Positions 17,290 through 26,333 of a DNA stretch of 32,047 bases are shown in pieces (the first letter of the stretch is position 1; the number at the start of each line of letters is the position of its first letter). The notes beneath the pieces are model-generated. The model did not search any database and was not told the DNA's origin. It saw only the letters and a list, made by a program, of their open reading frames with translations. The stretch comes from an uncultured bacterium (lineage in GTDB: Bacteria; Hydrogenedentota; Hydrogenedentia; Hydrogenedentales; JAEUWI01): assembly GCA_963977445.1 (NCBI GenBank), contig CAXBPH010000054.1, positions 1 to 32,047 of the forward strand, read 5' to 3'. The position numbers and the translations under genes were made by a program.

Positions 17290-19055
17290 TCTCCACCCTC
17301 ACGAAAGGCATGATTGTAGTTCCGCAGCGTCCTGTGGACGATGAGCAGCGCGATGATGGAAAATGTCAGGCAATTCAGGAGCCAGTAGGTCACTATAAAA
17401 TCCCCAACCTGTCGATTGCCATAGAAGAGAGAGGAGAAGGATCCGAAAATCGGTGAGGTGAATAGAAAAACAAGCTCCACGTTGGTGTCAAAGCGGACAT
17501 TCCCAAAAATAGAACCGTACGCCATCATTGCAATGAAGGGCGGGGCAATGAGGGTAATGCACGATATGCCGTAGGCATACATTAACGCGGTGATGCTCCG
17601 CCGGGTGCGCGTTGTGGTCCAGAAACTGAGTGCGAGGGTGTAGAAGATACAAACGACCATAGAGCACAGCATCATGGCAGCGCTTTTCCAGAATGCCGGG
17701 GAATCATAACCGAAAAAGACTATGGGGAAGTTTCCCAGCAATGTGCCACCGATAGGCAGCATGGTGGTGAGCAGGGCGGTACGCAGTTTCCCCAGCGCGA
17801 TCTCCCGTGGGGTTAGCAGGGTGCATCGCAGACTGTCTACGTTCTGCCACTCCCACTCTTTGGCCATGGCCGTGGCGACCAGTGTGGGGGTGATGAAAAG
17901 AATAAGGATGGTGCTTACAAAGAGAGACCACCCAATCATTTCGTCCGCATTGCCGCCATACATATAGTTGGTGATGCTCATCAATGAAACGACGAAACTA
18001 AAGATCGTGAAACCATAAAATATTCGAATCGCCAGGGTGCTGCGTGCGAGCAGTCCCGTCGCAAGCTCTTTTGCCAGCATGGGGTTTTTCCCATCGGGAA
18101 TAATAGCGCGACGACGTCGGGGGTCCAGAAGGTAGTAGGGGAACTTCTTCCGCCGGGCCTTCAATTCGGCCTGGTCGTCGATGATTTTCTCCGTGTTCAC
18201 CTGCATGGGGCGCGCAGGACGTCGCAGGATAAGGAGAGTCATGTAGAGACAAACTAACGCCATCCCGCCATGATAAATTAACGCAAACGTAATGGAGCCC
18301 AAACCCACCATCCCCTGTGACGCAATACCAAGCCCGATCAAGGGAATCAGGACAGCAGCAAGTTCTTCGTCAATATATGAGACAAGGTGAATTCCAGCGA
18401 ACTCTTCGAGGAGGACCAGTATGAGCACTATCCCACCGTGAGTAGCCAGTGCGAGGATATAGGTGCTGATGATGGCGGGGAGGGTTCGATAGAACCAGGC
18501 GGAGCACAGTAGACCTACGGATGCCAGGGATATAGCGGAGAGGATTGTCAGGGTAAAAGAAATGATGAACTGGTTCCAGTCGATACCCACGAAAAAAAAG
18601 AATACGCCCACAATGGGAAAAGTGGCAATGACCACCAGCAGATAGAGGCCCAACACGTTTGCCAGTTTGGCCAGCGCCAACGCCAGGGGACGGATGTAGG
18701 TCATGGAAAGGAGGTCAAAGCTGTCTTGTTGTTTTTCGATACAAATCGACACGGCTGCCAGGGGCGGGACCAGCAGGACGGCACTCAGATAGAGGCCCAT
18801 GCTGAAGGTCATGAAGATTGTGCGAACGTCCCCGACCGAAAGGGGCATACCCTGCCGGAAGGAGTTTCCATAGACCACGTTAAACGTAAACAACAGGCCA
18901 ACAATCATGACCACCATGAGGGCCGTCAGGAAATAGAAGGGCTTGGGATTGCGCAAGCCCGACAGGAGTTCCCGTTTCATGACAGCCCGCGCGGGAAGCG
19001 ATAGGGACGGCAAGAAAAATCGAAGCTTCTTAAGTGATTTCAGTGGAAATCTCAT
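17286..19055 (-). CDS. ABC-2/GldF-like permease, paralog 3
   Basis: ATGA overlap. KRELLSGLR; EKQQDSFDLLSMTYIRP...AK; IPDGKNPMLAKEL; KEWEWQNVDSLRCTLLTPREIALGK. Confidence 0.83.
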   Translation of the reverse strand: MRFPLKSLKKLRFFLPSLSLPARAVMKRELLSGLRNPKPFYFLTALMVVMIVGLLFTFNVVYGNSFRQGMPLSVGDVRTIFMTFSMGLYLSAVLLVPPLAAVSICIEKQQDSFDLLSMTYIRPLALALAKLANVLGLYLLVVIATFPIVGVFFFFVGIDWNQFIISFTLTILSAISLASVGLLCSAWFYRTLPAIISTYILALATHGGIVLILVLLEEFAGIHLVSYIDEELAAVLIPLIGLGIASQGMVGLGSITFALIYHGGMALVCLYMTLLILRRPARPMQVNTEKIIDDQAELKARRKKFPYYLLDPRRRRAIIPDGKNPMLAKELATGLLARSTLAIRIFYGFTIFSFVVSLMSITNYMYGGNADEMIGWSLFVSTILILFITPTLVATAMAKEWEWQNVDSLRCTLLTPREIALGKLRTALLTTMLPIGGTLLGNFPIVFFGYDSPAFWKSAAMMLCSMVVCIFYTLALSFWTTTRTRRSITALMYAYGISCITLIAPPFIAMMAYGSIFGNVRFDTNVELVFLFTSPIFGSFSSLFYGNRQVGDFIVTYWLLNCLTFSIIALLIVHRTLRNYNHAFREGGE

Positions 19056-20749
19056 GAGGAAATACCTTCAGGGGAACTCGCCGTCTCCAGGTGGGACGCA
19101 AACCGGCGGGCGGCAATGGCTATGAGAAACGTACTTAACCCCAGGAATCGCAACGAGGACCAGATCCATCCTCCATCGAGAAATCCTCCCGGAGTTTCAT
19201 TTATTTTAATTAGGAAGTCGAGTACGGGTGAACACGCCATAACAGAATCGGTCAGCGCCCTGATTTTGAGAGTACCCAGAAAAATGCATGCAACACCAAG
19301 CGAGTAGGGGCCAATCAAGAAAATGACCAGGGCGGCCAAATACGCGCGGACCAGGCTGGTCGCGGTGCTTCGGCCGGTGCTGGTCGTGACGATACTTATG
19401 GCGAGGATATAGTAGGCACAGACCATGATCGTAGCCGTCGAAGCCAGGATAAGCGACGGCATCCCTGGATTGTTCAGGTGATGTATAACTATGGGTGCGC
19501 ATCCCATGGTCAGGGTGACGAATAGAATGAACAGATTTCTTTCGGCTGCCTGGAGCTTACCGAAGAAAATGGAAGAAGGACTCAACAGCGTCATTCGCAA
19601 TGCGTCCAAGTTTCCGTTGGTGTGCTCCCGTGCCACCGAGGTGGCTATGAGGGCGGGCACCGAAAAGAAAAATAGTCCGGAAGTGAGGTAAAGGAACCCG
19701 ATCTTCCAATCAGGGTTGTAGGGAGTGCTGGTTTGAGTGATGAGGACAGAAAGGGCAAAAACGATCACGAAGACAACGAGGAATAGGAGGCTGGCCTGCG
19801 GACGAAAAGCGAGTCTGCTTTCGAGGAGTTCCTTATAGTAGATGGGGTTCGTATTGTCGGGTAGGGGGAGTGGGTAGGGATGCCAAAGCCGGGGCAGCCA
19901 TAGGCGATAGCTGCGGGATTGATGCGACTCCCTTGTATGTTCCAATGGGAGGGTCCGCGACTGTGGGCGACGAATAGCTCGCAGGGCAATGCACCAGGCG
20001 ACAAGGCCCCAGATTCCCTGGTAGATCACGGTGTAGAGCACCATCAGAGGGGCATGCCCACTCGTTACAAGGGTATAGAGGATAAGGGGAGGGGCCAGGG
20101 GGGGAGCAAGCTTCCCGAGCGTGGTGCCGGTGGAAAGTACTGCCGATGGCGTCAGCAGCCACAGCATCAATAAGAAAATACCGCCATTGCATAGCACGAC
20201 GATTATGGTGGTCAGTGCCATTGCGCCAAGGGTGCTTCTCATGCATGCGGAGCAAGCCAGCGCCATTAAGGCGGCACTCAAGGTAGTCGACAGGAGTACA
20301 GCGAATGTCTGGTAGACCTGGAGTGCATCCACGCCGGTGAAGAAAAACTGAATCCCCAACATGGGCAAGGTGGCGATGACGGCAATCAGGAACATACCCA
20401 TGGCACTTACAATTTTCCCCACGATAATGGCCGAAGGGGTGATGTAGCTCAATTGGAGCGACTCCAACGTGTCGGATTCTCGCTCACCGGTAATGGCAGT
20501 GGCCCCGGAGATACTTGCAAACAGAAGCCCTGCACCATAGAGAACGTATACGTAACTACCGAATAAAGCCCGTGCAGCGGCGCCCATCATTTGTGGGGAG
20601 ATATTCAATCGGAAAATGTACATGAAGAGAAACCAGAGTCCCATCAGAGGCAACAGGACCAGGAGCAGATTGCGAAACGATTGCTTTCTCCGTAGCACGG
20701 TCAATAGCTCGCGACGTATGATGGCCGACGGCGGGATGAGCAAAGTCAT
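19052..20749 (-). CDS. ABC-2/GldF-like permease, paralog 2
   Basis: ATGA overlap. RRELLTVLR; ERESDTLESLQLSYITP.AIIVGK; LPDNTNPIYYKEL; REHTNGNLDALRMTLLSP.SIFFGK. Confidence 0.83.
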   Translation of the reverse strand: MTLLIPPSAIIRRELLTVLRRKQSFRNLLLVLLPLMGLWFLFMYIFRLNISPQMMGAAARALFGSYVYVLYGAGLLFASISGATAITGERESDTLESLQLSYITPSAIIVGKIVSAMGMFLIAVIATLPMLGIQFFFTGVDALQVYQTFAVLLSTTLSAALMALACSACMRSTLGAMALTTIIVVLCNGGIFLLMLWLLTPSAVLSTGTTLGKLAPPLAPPLILYTLVTSGHAPLMVLYTVIYQGIWGLVAWCIALRAIRRPQSRTLPLEHTRESHQSRSYRLWLPRLWHPYPLPLPDNTNPIYYKELLESRLAFRPQASLLFLVVFVIVFALSVLITQTSTPYNPDWKIGFLYLTSGLFFFSVPALIATSVAREHTNGNLDALRMTLLSPSSIFFGKLQAAERNLFILFVTLTMGCAPIVIHHLNNPGMPSLILASTATIMVCAYYILAISIVTTSTGRSTATSLVRAYLAALVIFLIGPYSLGVACIFLGTLKIRALTDSVMACSPVLDFLIKINETPGGFLDGGWIWSSLRFLGLSTFLIAIAARRFASHLETASSPEGISS

Positions 20750-22536
20750 GGCGACCGTTCCGGTGACGTTGGTTCAATGGCGGAGTATGCCGTAGGGACG
20801 TCGACGCCCACGTACCAACGTCGATGACACCGTGCGACGGTCCATCGCAGGAGCAGGGCACTTACGAATAGTAGTATCAGGCATTGGGCAAGTACATTAT
20901 TGAAAACGATGAATTCACCCGCCCATAAATCGGCCAGAAATACCGTTGCGGGCGAGAGCCAGTAGGCCTGGGCGAAACGCGCGTCTTTCTCGATCAGCTC
21001 GCCCCAGGCGATGAAGCCCACGGGGACAAGAAAGAGTAGTACCGCGCCGATAACGTAGGTGGAGATGAGGGCGGGCAGACTCCGTGTACGTCGGATGGCC
21101 GCAGTCATGCTGAGGGCGCAAAAGTAGACGATGGCGCTCGCAAGGAGCAGGAGACCCAATACGAGCGTATCGGCCGCCCGTGGTTGCCGAAAGACGCACT
21201 CCAGTAAGGGCAGGACGCCCAACAACAAGGCCCCGACCGGTAGGGCAAGACCATGGAGGGCACCGAGAAACTTTCCCCACACCACGTCTTGTGGCGTCAG
21301 CAACGTCATACGCAACATATCCCAGTTACCCCACTCGATTTCCTTGCTGAAGGTAGTCGCTACAAAGATGGGCACGATGCCCAGTAACAGAAAGGTCTCA
21401 ATGGCAAGAAAGGTAAGGATATTTTCGTGGGCGTTGAAGGTGTCGGACAGGGCCGCGACAAAGGCACCCGCGATAACAGCCAGGGTGCTGACGGTATAGA
21501 GGATGCGTATGGTCGTGGTGCCCCTATTGGCAAGACTGGTATAGCGCTCTTTGGCCAGCAGGGGGTTCTGGTGGTCACCAATCTGGGGGCGCTGCCGCCG
21601 GGGGTCAATGAGATAAAATGGAAATTGTTTACGCCGTGCTTCGAGGAGGGCGGGGTCCGCGATGGTGGCTTCCTGGTTTACCTTCATGGGAGCCGTGGGG
21701 CGATTGAGCAGCCGACAGGACAGGGTGCCGCAGATCAGAATCACCGCGCCGTAGTATCCAAGTGCCACAAGGAAAAACAGGGGGCCCATACTGCCCCGTG
21801 AAAGGTCGGAAATACAGTTCAGGGGGACCATGACCACAATGAGCGCATCGTGCCAGTCGGCGATCTGGATAAATCCATACTGGTAGGCCACAATCGATAT
21901 GGCCATGGCGCTAAAGCCTGCACCAAAATGGATAAAGAGCACCAGGATATAGGTGCCTATTGCTGCGGGGATCGTGCGATAGCAATAGGCCGAGCAGAGA
22001 AGGCCGGCCATAGCGTTGGCCCCGGCCACCAGGGCAATAAGCATCAACATCTGACCGTATTGCATCCAGTCAATTCCGGGGAAATAAAAGAGTACGGCCG
22101 CGAAGGGCAAGGTGGCCACCACCACCAGGGTGAAGAGGCCCAGCACATTGACCGCCTTACCGAGGAGAAATACGGCGGGTCCGATGTAGGTCATGCGAAC
22201 GAGATCGAGTTGGTCCTGTTGCTTTTCGGAGCAGATAGCGTTCGACGCAACCGTGGGGACCAGGGAGATGACGATGGCGTAGAGGGTGTAACTGTACCCA
22301 AGAAAAAACAAGGTGCTTATCTGTGACATAGCCAGTTGATTGCGCATATCAACGGGTGGATTCTCTTTGAAGTAAAAAATCAGTGCACCAAGGAGACCCA
22401 GCAGCGTTATGGACAACAAGTGAAACTGGCGGGGATTTCGCAAGGTGGACAGGAGTTCGCGCTTAATCATTGCGAGAGCAGGAGAGAGCATCTGAAGGTC
22501 CAGACCCAATAGTTGTCGTGTTGGATGATTTACCAA
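20746..22536 (-). CDS. ABC-2/GldF-like permease, paralog 1
   Basis: Strong SD AAAGGAG 8 nt before TTG 22536. KRELLSTLR; EKQQDQLDLVRMTYIGP..FLLGK; IGDHQNPLLAKE; KEIEWGNWDMLRMTLLTPQDVVWGK. Confidence 0.83.
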   Translation of the reverse strand: MVNHPTRQLLGLDLQMLSPALAMIKRELLSTLRNPRQFHLLSITLLGLLGALIFYFKENPPVDMRNQLAMSQISTLFFLGYSYTLYAIVISLVPTVASNAICSEKQQDQLDLVRMTYIGPAVFLLGKAVNVLGLFTLVVVATLPFAAVLFYFPGIDWMQYGQMLMLIALVAGANAMAGLLCSAYCYRTIPAAIGTYILVLFIHFGAGFSAMAISIVAYQYGFIQIADWHDALIVVMVPLNCISDLSRGSMGPLFFLVALGYYGAVILICGTLSCRLLNRPTAPMKVNQEATIADPALLEARRKQFPFYLIDPRRQRPQIGDHQNPLLAKERYTSLANRGTTTIRILYTVSTLAVIAGAFVAALSDTFNAHENILTFLAIETFLLLGIVPIFVATTFSKEIEWGNWDMLRMTLLTPQDVVWGKFLGALHGLALPVGALLLGVLPLLECVFRQPRAADTLVLGLLLLASAIVYFCALSMTAAIRRTRSLPALISTYVIGAVLLFLVPVGFIAWGELIEKDARFAQAYWLSPATVFLADLWAGEFIVFNNVLAQCLILLFVSALLLRWTVARCHRRWYVGVDVPTAYSAIEPTSPERSP

Positions 22537-22669
22537 GACCTACGCTCCTTTCTACCCCGTTGAATCAGGCGATTCCTTAGCACCACCGTGCCCTGTAAGC
22601 CGCGCGCCCCAGCGGCCGCTCTCACCAAGAGGTCGCCCACAAAAATTAGTGTTTTTCAACCGTGGGTTC

Positions 22670-23599
22670 TTAAACACCGCCCTTGGTAACGTGCAGAAAC
22701 ACATCTTCCAGCGTACCTTCTTCCTCCCCGAAGAAAAGGACCCGAACGCCGCCTAAGACCAGTTTTTGAAGTATATTGGCCAACTCCTCATTACTGAGGG
22801 CCGTCTCCATATGAAATTCATTGCCGGAGCGGTCCATTTTTTCGACACCCGGCACTTCGGCCAGAATTTCCTCCGCCTTGTCGCCGCCCTCCAACACCTC
22901 CAGGCGTATTTCTTTGCTTTGGCGCATGCTCTTCAGGATTTCGCGGTGGTTGCCAAAGGCAAGCAATTCACCCCGTTCGATAATGCCGATTTTGGTGCAC
23001 ATATCGCCCAATTCAGAGAGGATGTGAGAAGAAATCAGGATGGTCTTTCCCATATCCTGTAAGGCCTTGAGTAATTCTTTGATTTCGATGCGGGCGCGGG
23101 GGTCCAGGCCACTGGCCGGCTCATCCAGCAAGAGCACCTGGGGGTCGTGGATGAGGGTCTTTGCGAGACAGCACCGTTGCTTCATACCCCGAGAGAAGGC
23201 ACTCACATAGTCATCGGCCCGGCTCGTCATATCGGTCAGCGTAAGCACATCGTCGATGATGGCGCGCCGCTGTTTTGCGGGAATCTTATAGGCCGCCCCA
23301 AAGAAGTCCAGGTACTCTCGGAGGCGCATGCCGTCGTAGACGCCGAAGGAATCGGGCATATAGCCGATGATTTTTTTAATCTCATAGGGATTGCGCATCA
23401 CGTCCACCCCATCGATGAGGGCCTTGCCCGCCGTAGGCTGTAGCAGGGTGGAGAGGATGCGAATGGTGGTCGTTTTGCCCGCACCGTTAGGTCCGATAAA
23501 CCCGAAGATATCTCCCTTTTCAATAGTGAGATTCAGGCCCTTCAGGGCTTCAAACTTGTTGTAGTGCTTGGTCAGGTTGACCGTCTCAATCATGGCCAT
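22670..23599 (-). CDS. ABC transporter ATP-binding protein (DrrA/GldA-like exporter type)
   Basis: Walker [10 protein letters not shown], signature FSRGMKQR, Walker B/D-loop [12 protein letters not shown]-loop ISSH, C-terminal TLEDVFL. Confidence 0.95.
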   Translation of the reverse strand: MAMIETVNLTKHYNKFEALKGLNLTIEKGDIFGFIGPNGAGKTTTIRILSTLLQPTAGKALIDGVDVMRNPYEIKKIIGYMPDSFGVYDGMRLREYLDFFGAAYKIPAKQRRAIIDDVLTLTDMTSRADDYVSAFSRGMKQRCCLAKTLIHDPQVLLLDEPASGLDPRARIEIKELLKALQDMGKTILISSHILSELGDMCTKIGIIERGELLAFGNHREILKSMRQSKEIRLEVLEGGDKAEEILAEVPGVEKMDRSGNEFHMETALSNEELANILQKLVLGGVRVLFFGEEEGTLEDVFLHVTKGGV

Positions 23600-23604
23600 G
23601 GTAT

Positions 23605-26283
23605 TCAGTCTCCAACGGATTCGTTGTTTATCTTGAAAATTCGGGCGGACAAATGGCTGTGAAAGTGGGGTGTCTGATTGCCCCGAAGATTCTGTTGGTT
23701 CACGCGAAGGTCCCTGTCGCTCAATTCCTTACCACTGCTGTCGGTAGGCACGGCACGAAAGCGAAAGGTTGCCGATCGGGGTGTCAGTAGATTCTCCCAG
23801 TCGTCCAAGCGATAGACGGTGGTACTAAAGTTGCCGCTATGAAACGGCTGTGACGTGGTCGACTCGCCTGTCGCCGAAAGGGCGATATTCTTGCTCTTGT
23901 CAAACTGGAGCAATCGTAGCTTGAAACCACGGTTATATTTTGCGTCTGATACGACGACACAGTTGTCTGGCTCGTGCTCACTTGAATAGAGGGTTGTTTC
24001 GGAAATTTCACGGATCTCCAACCCATATCCTGCTCGGCCGCGGACCCAGTTGGGCACCGTTACGGCCAGTTCCAGATTGTCGTAGACGGTGATTGGTTTG
24101 GACTCCTTATACCAATTGAACGCATCTATGGGATCGGCCATGGAAAACTCCCTGAAGGCTTCCGGGAGCTGGTAGGGGGCATAGGCATAGCTGTTGGCGC
24201 TAAGATCGTCGTGCATGGAAACCACGTGGAGCGCGATAGAGTTCGCGCTGTAGGCCCGTTCATCCCGTACGTCCAGCCAGGCCACGATCAGGGTGCCACC
24301 GAGTTGTATCGACGCGCGGTCGCCCATGTCGAGGCTACCCAGGGTCGGGCCATCGACCCAGGCCAGTAAACACGGAGGGAGTTCCCGTTCCCGCGTTTGC
24401 AGTGCAAGGCCAGGCAGTTGCGAAAGAAAAGCGTTAAAACCCTGACGGATCCTATCGTCCACATCCTCGGGAACGGTCATGGTGAAGCTGGCTTCAATTC
24501 GGGGGATTGTTTGCTGTATGGGGCGGACTTTGGGCGTAGTCTCCAACTGGCCTCCCTGTGGAAGGCGATTCAGCGCTATGGTGTACGTGCCGTCTACCTC
24601 GTTCTCCAGCCAAATGGATTTGTCATCATAAAGGAGTACGGGATTGGAAAAGGTGAGGCCCGTGTTGTTTGTTATCGTTCCGGTCAGCCCATCTTCGGTG
24701 TTGGTCAGGTCCACGTCCAGCGAACCATTGAGCTCGATGGGTGCTTCCGTCTGGATGAAGCGCATTTCACTGGCACCCACCGTAAGCCCTTCGATACGGC
24801 CGGCCTCTCCCTGAACAAAGTGAAAGGCGTTCTGGCTCTGGGGACCAAAGAGTCCGCCCCCCTGATTGTTGCCAATTGCGACTTCCTGCGCGCCGTCGGA
24901 CAGAAGGGTATTGGGGTGAACCAGCTTCGCATCGAAACGGCCACTGCCCTTCGCCAGGAGCCCGGTAATTCCGTGAAGGCGGCCGGTGGCGCTGTTTCCG
25001 GCCAATTCCAGAATTTCCAGCTGCTCCAGCTGGGTACTCCGTGCCCGGCCCTGGGTGCCGAATATCATGGCGTAGCTGGTGAAGGCGATAGAGAAGAAAA
25101 CGAGACAAACCCAGGCCATTTCACGCCGTTTCATCCAGTTCCAGAAAATCCAGTTTCCCACAATGGCGATAAAAAAATACAAAAGAAGGTAGGCAATGAC
25201 CGAGGAAACGGGGAAGAGCCGCACCCCGGCGATTTCTGGCAGGCTGCGTGATGCCGAATCGATAACGGCCGCTATGTTGATGGGCCGATCGACGATGCTT
25301 CGCAGCAGCAGTCGATTCCAGGTTTTGAGGTAGTCTTTCTGGTGAATCATGAGGCCACTGACCGCATCAACGGTAAAGGTGGCCACCCAGCCACTACCGA
25401 CCGAATTCAGACTGCCGAGCTGAAAGTCTGTTCCAAAGGGCTGGACCAGGTCATTGGTGGGGGTGAGTGTGGTGACCATGCCCTTCCTGTTTTCGCTGAG
25501 CCCTTGGGCATCGCCGGATGTGCCGAGCGCGGCCACTGCGAGAGCCGGTTCGGACAGAAAGGTGTTGGTGCCAATGTTCACCCCCATGAGTTCTTCCACC
25601 CAGGTGCCCTTATAGCGGTCCGCATTCTGGCCGAGGTTGATGGCCAGGGTGCCGCCCAGGTGGACATATTGTCGTATCAACGCGCGGTGTTCGGGGCGGA
25701 TGCCTTCCGGGTCAATATCGCCGAGGATAATGATGTCGAAGGAGGTATAACAGGGGAGGTTGTCCGCGAGATAGGTCAACTCATCGGAGTGGAGGCCTTC
25801 GCGGTGAAAGCGGGTTTCCGTTCTGCCAATGACCTCGGGAGCACTCAGAAATCCATAATCATGATGGTTATCGTCCAGAACCAGCCCCAGGTAATCTTTT
25901 TTGCTGATGGAGGTCAGCTGGAGCCGGGTAGGCGGTGCCGCAGGGCGGTTGCCATGGTATAGGGAGGCTTCGATGCGGTCTACCCGATCGAGTTTGCAAT
26001 AGAGACGAAAACGTTTCTGGGAACCGCGATCGGAAATGGCGGGCAGTCGATACGTGGGGCTTTGGAGCGTGCCATTAAAATCGTAGGTCTTCACTTCGAC
26101 GAATCCAGAGACATTACGCTCGGAATTACGCACGATTACGTCGACCGGTACCCAGCTGGCTTCACGGAAGGCCACCCCGAAATTTACTTTCAAATCGACC
26201 AGAATGGATTCGTCCTGGCCATGAGTGAGGGCGGGTAGGAGCAACGCCAGTGCAAGGGCCCCAATACGAATTAGTCGAAACAT
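23605..26283 (-). CDS. Large exported/membrane protein with a class I glutamine-amidotransferase-like domain and two central TM helices; function unknown
   Basis: SD GGAGGT precedes ATG 26283. Signal peptide MFRLIRIGALALALLLPALTHG. FDIIILGD...IRQYVHLGGTL is GATase-fold-like. TM pair VIAYLLLYFFIAIVGN / MAWVCLVFFSIAF, then a long C-terminal soluble region. Confidence 0.8.
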   Translation of the reverse strand: MFRLIRIGALALALLLPALTHGQDESILVDLKVNFGVAFREASWVPVDVIVRNSERNVSGFVEVKTYDFNGTLQSPTYRLPAISDRGSQKRFRLYCKLDRVDRIEASLYHGNRPAAPPTRLQLTSISKKDYLGLVLDDNHHDYGFLSAPEVIGRTETRFHREGLHSDELTYLADNLPCYTSFDIIILGDIDPEGIRPEHRALIRQYVHLGGTLAINLGQNADRYKGTWVEELMGVNIGTNTFLSEPALAVAALGTSGDAQGLSENRKGMVTTLTPTNDLVQPFGTDFQLGSLNSVGSGWVATFTVDAVSGLMIHQKDYLKTWNRLLLRSIVDRPINIAAVIDSASRSLPEIAGVRLFPVSSVIAYLLLYFFIAIVGNWIFWNWMKRREMAWVCLVFFSIAFTSYAMIFGTQGRARSTQLEQLEILELAGNSATGRLHGITGLLAKGSGRFDAKLVHPNTLLSDGAQEVAIGNNQGGGLFGPQSQNAFHFVQGEAGRIEGLTVGASEMRFIQTEAPIELNGSLDVDLTNTEDGLTGTITNNTGLTFSNPVLLYDDKSIWLENEVDGTYTIALNRLPQGGQLETTPKVRPIQQTIPRIEASFTMTVPEDVDDRIRQGFNAFLSQLPGLALQTRERELPPCLLAWVDGPTLGSLDMGDRASIQLGGTLIVAWLDVRDERAYSANSIALHVVSMHDDLSANSYAYAPYQLPEAFREFSMADPIDAFNWYKESKPITVYDNLELAVTVPNWVRGRAGYGLEIREISETTLYSSEHEPDNCVVVSDAKYNRGFKLRLLQFDKSKNIALSATGESTTSQPFHSGNFSTTVYRLDDWENLLTPRSATFRFRAVPTDSSGKELSDRDLRVNQQNLRGNQTPHFHSHLSARIFKINNESVGD

Positions 26284-26333
26284 AGCACCTCCAGATTCAG
26301 CCTGCGAATGAATGTTTTTTCGCCGCAATGGTT

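Noticed and set aside
18592..18599. Homopolymer runs (A8 here; G7 near 2086 and 30474) as phase-variation sites
   Set aside because: They are short, in frame and explained by Phe, Gly or Pro codons. The host genes are intact.
24397..25962. Long plus-strand ORFs (284 and 206 aa), and similar ones at 3775-4524, 10398-11506 and 31003-31719
   Set aside because: They lie entirely within well-supported CDSs. This is typical of alternative or antisense frames in GC-rich DNA.
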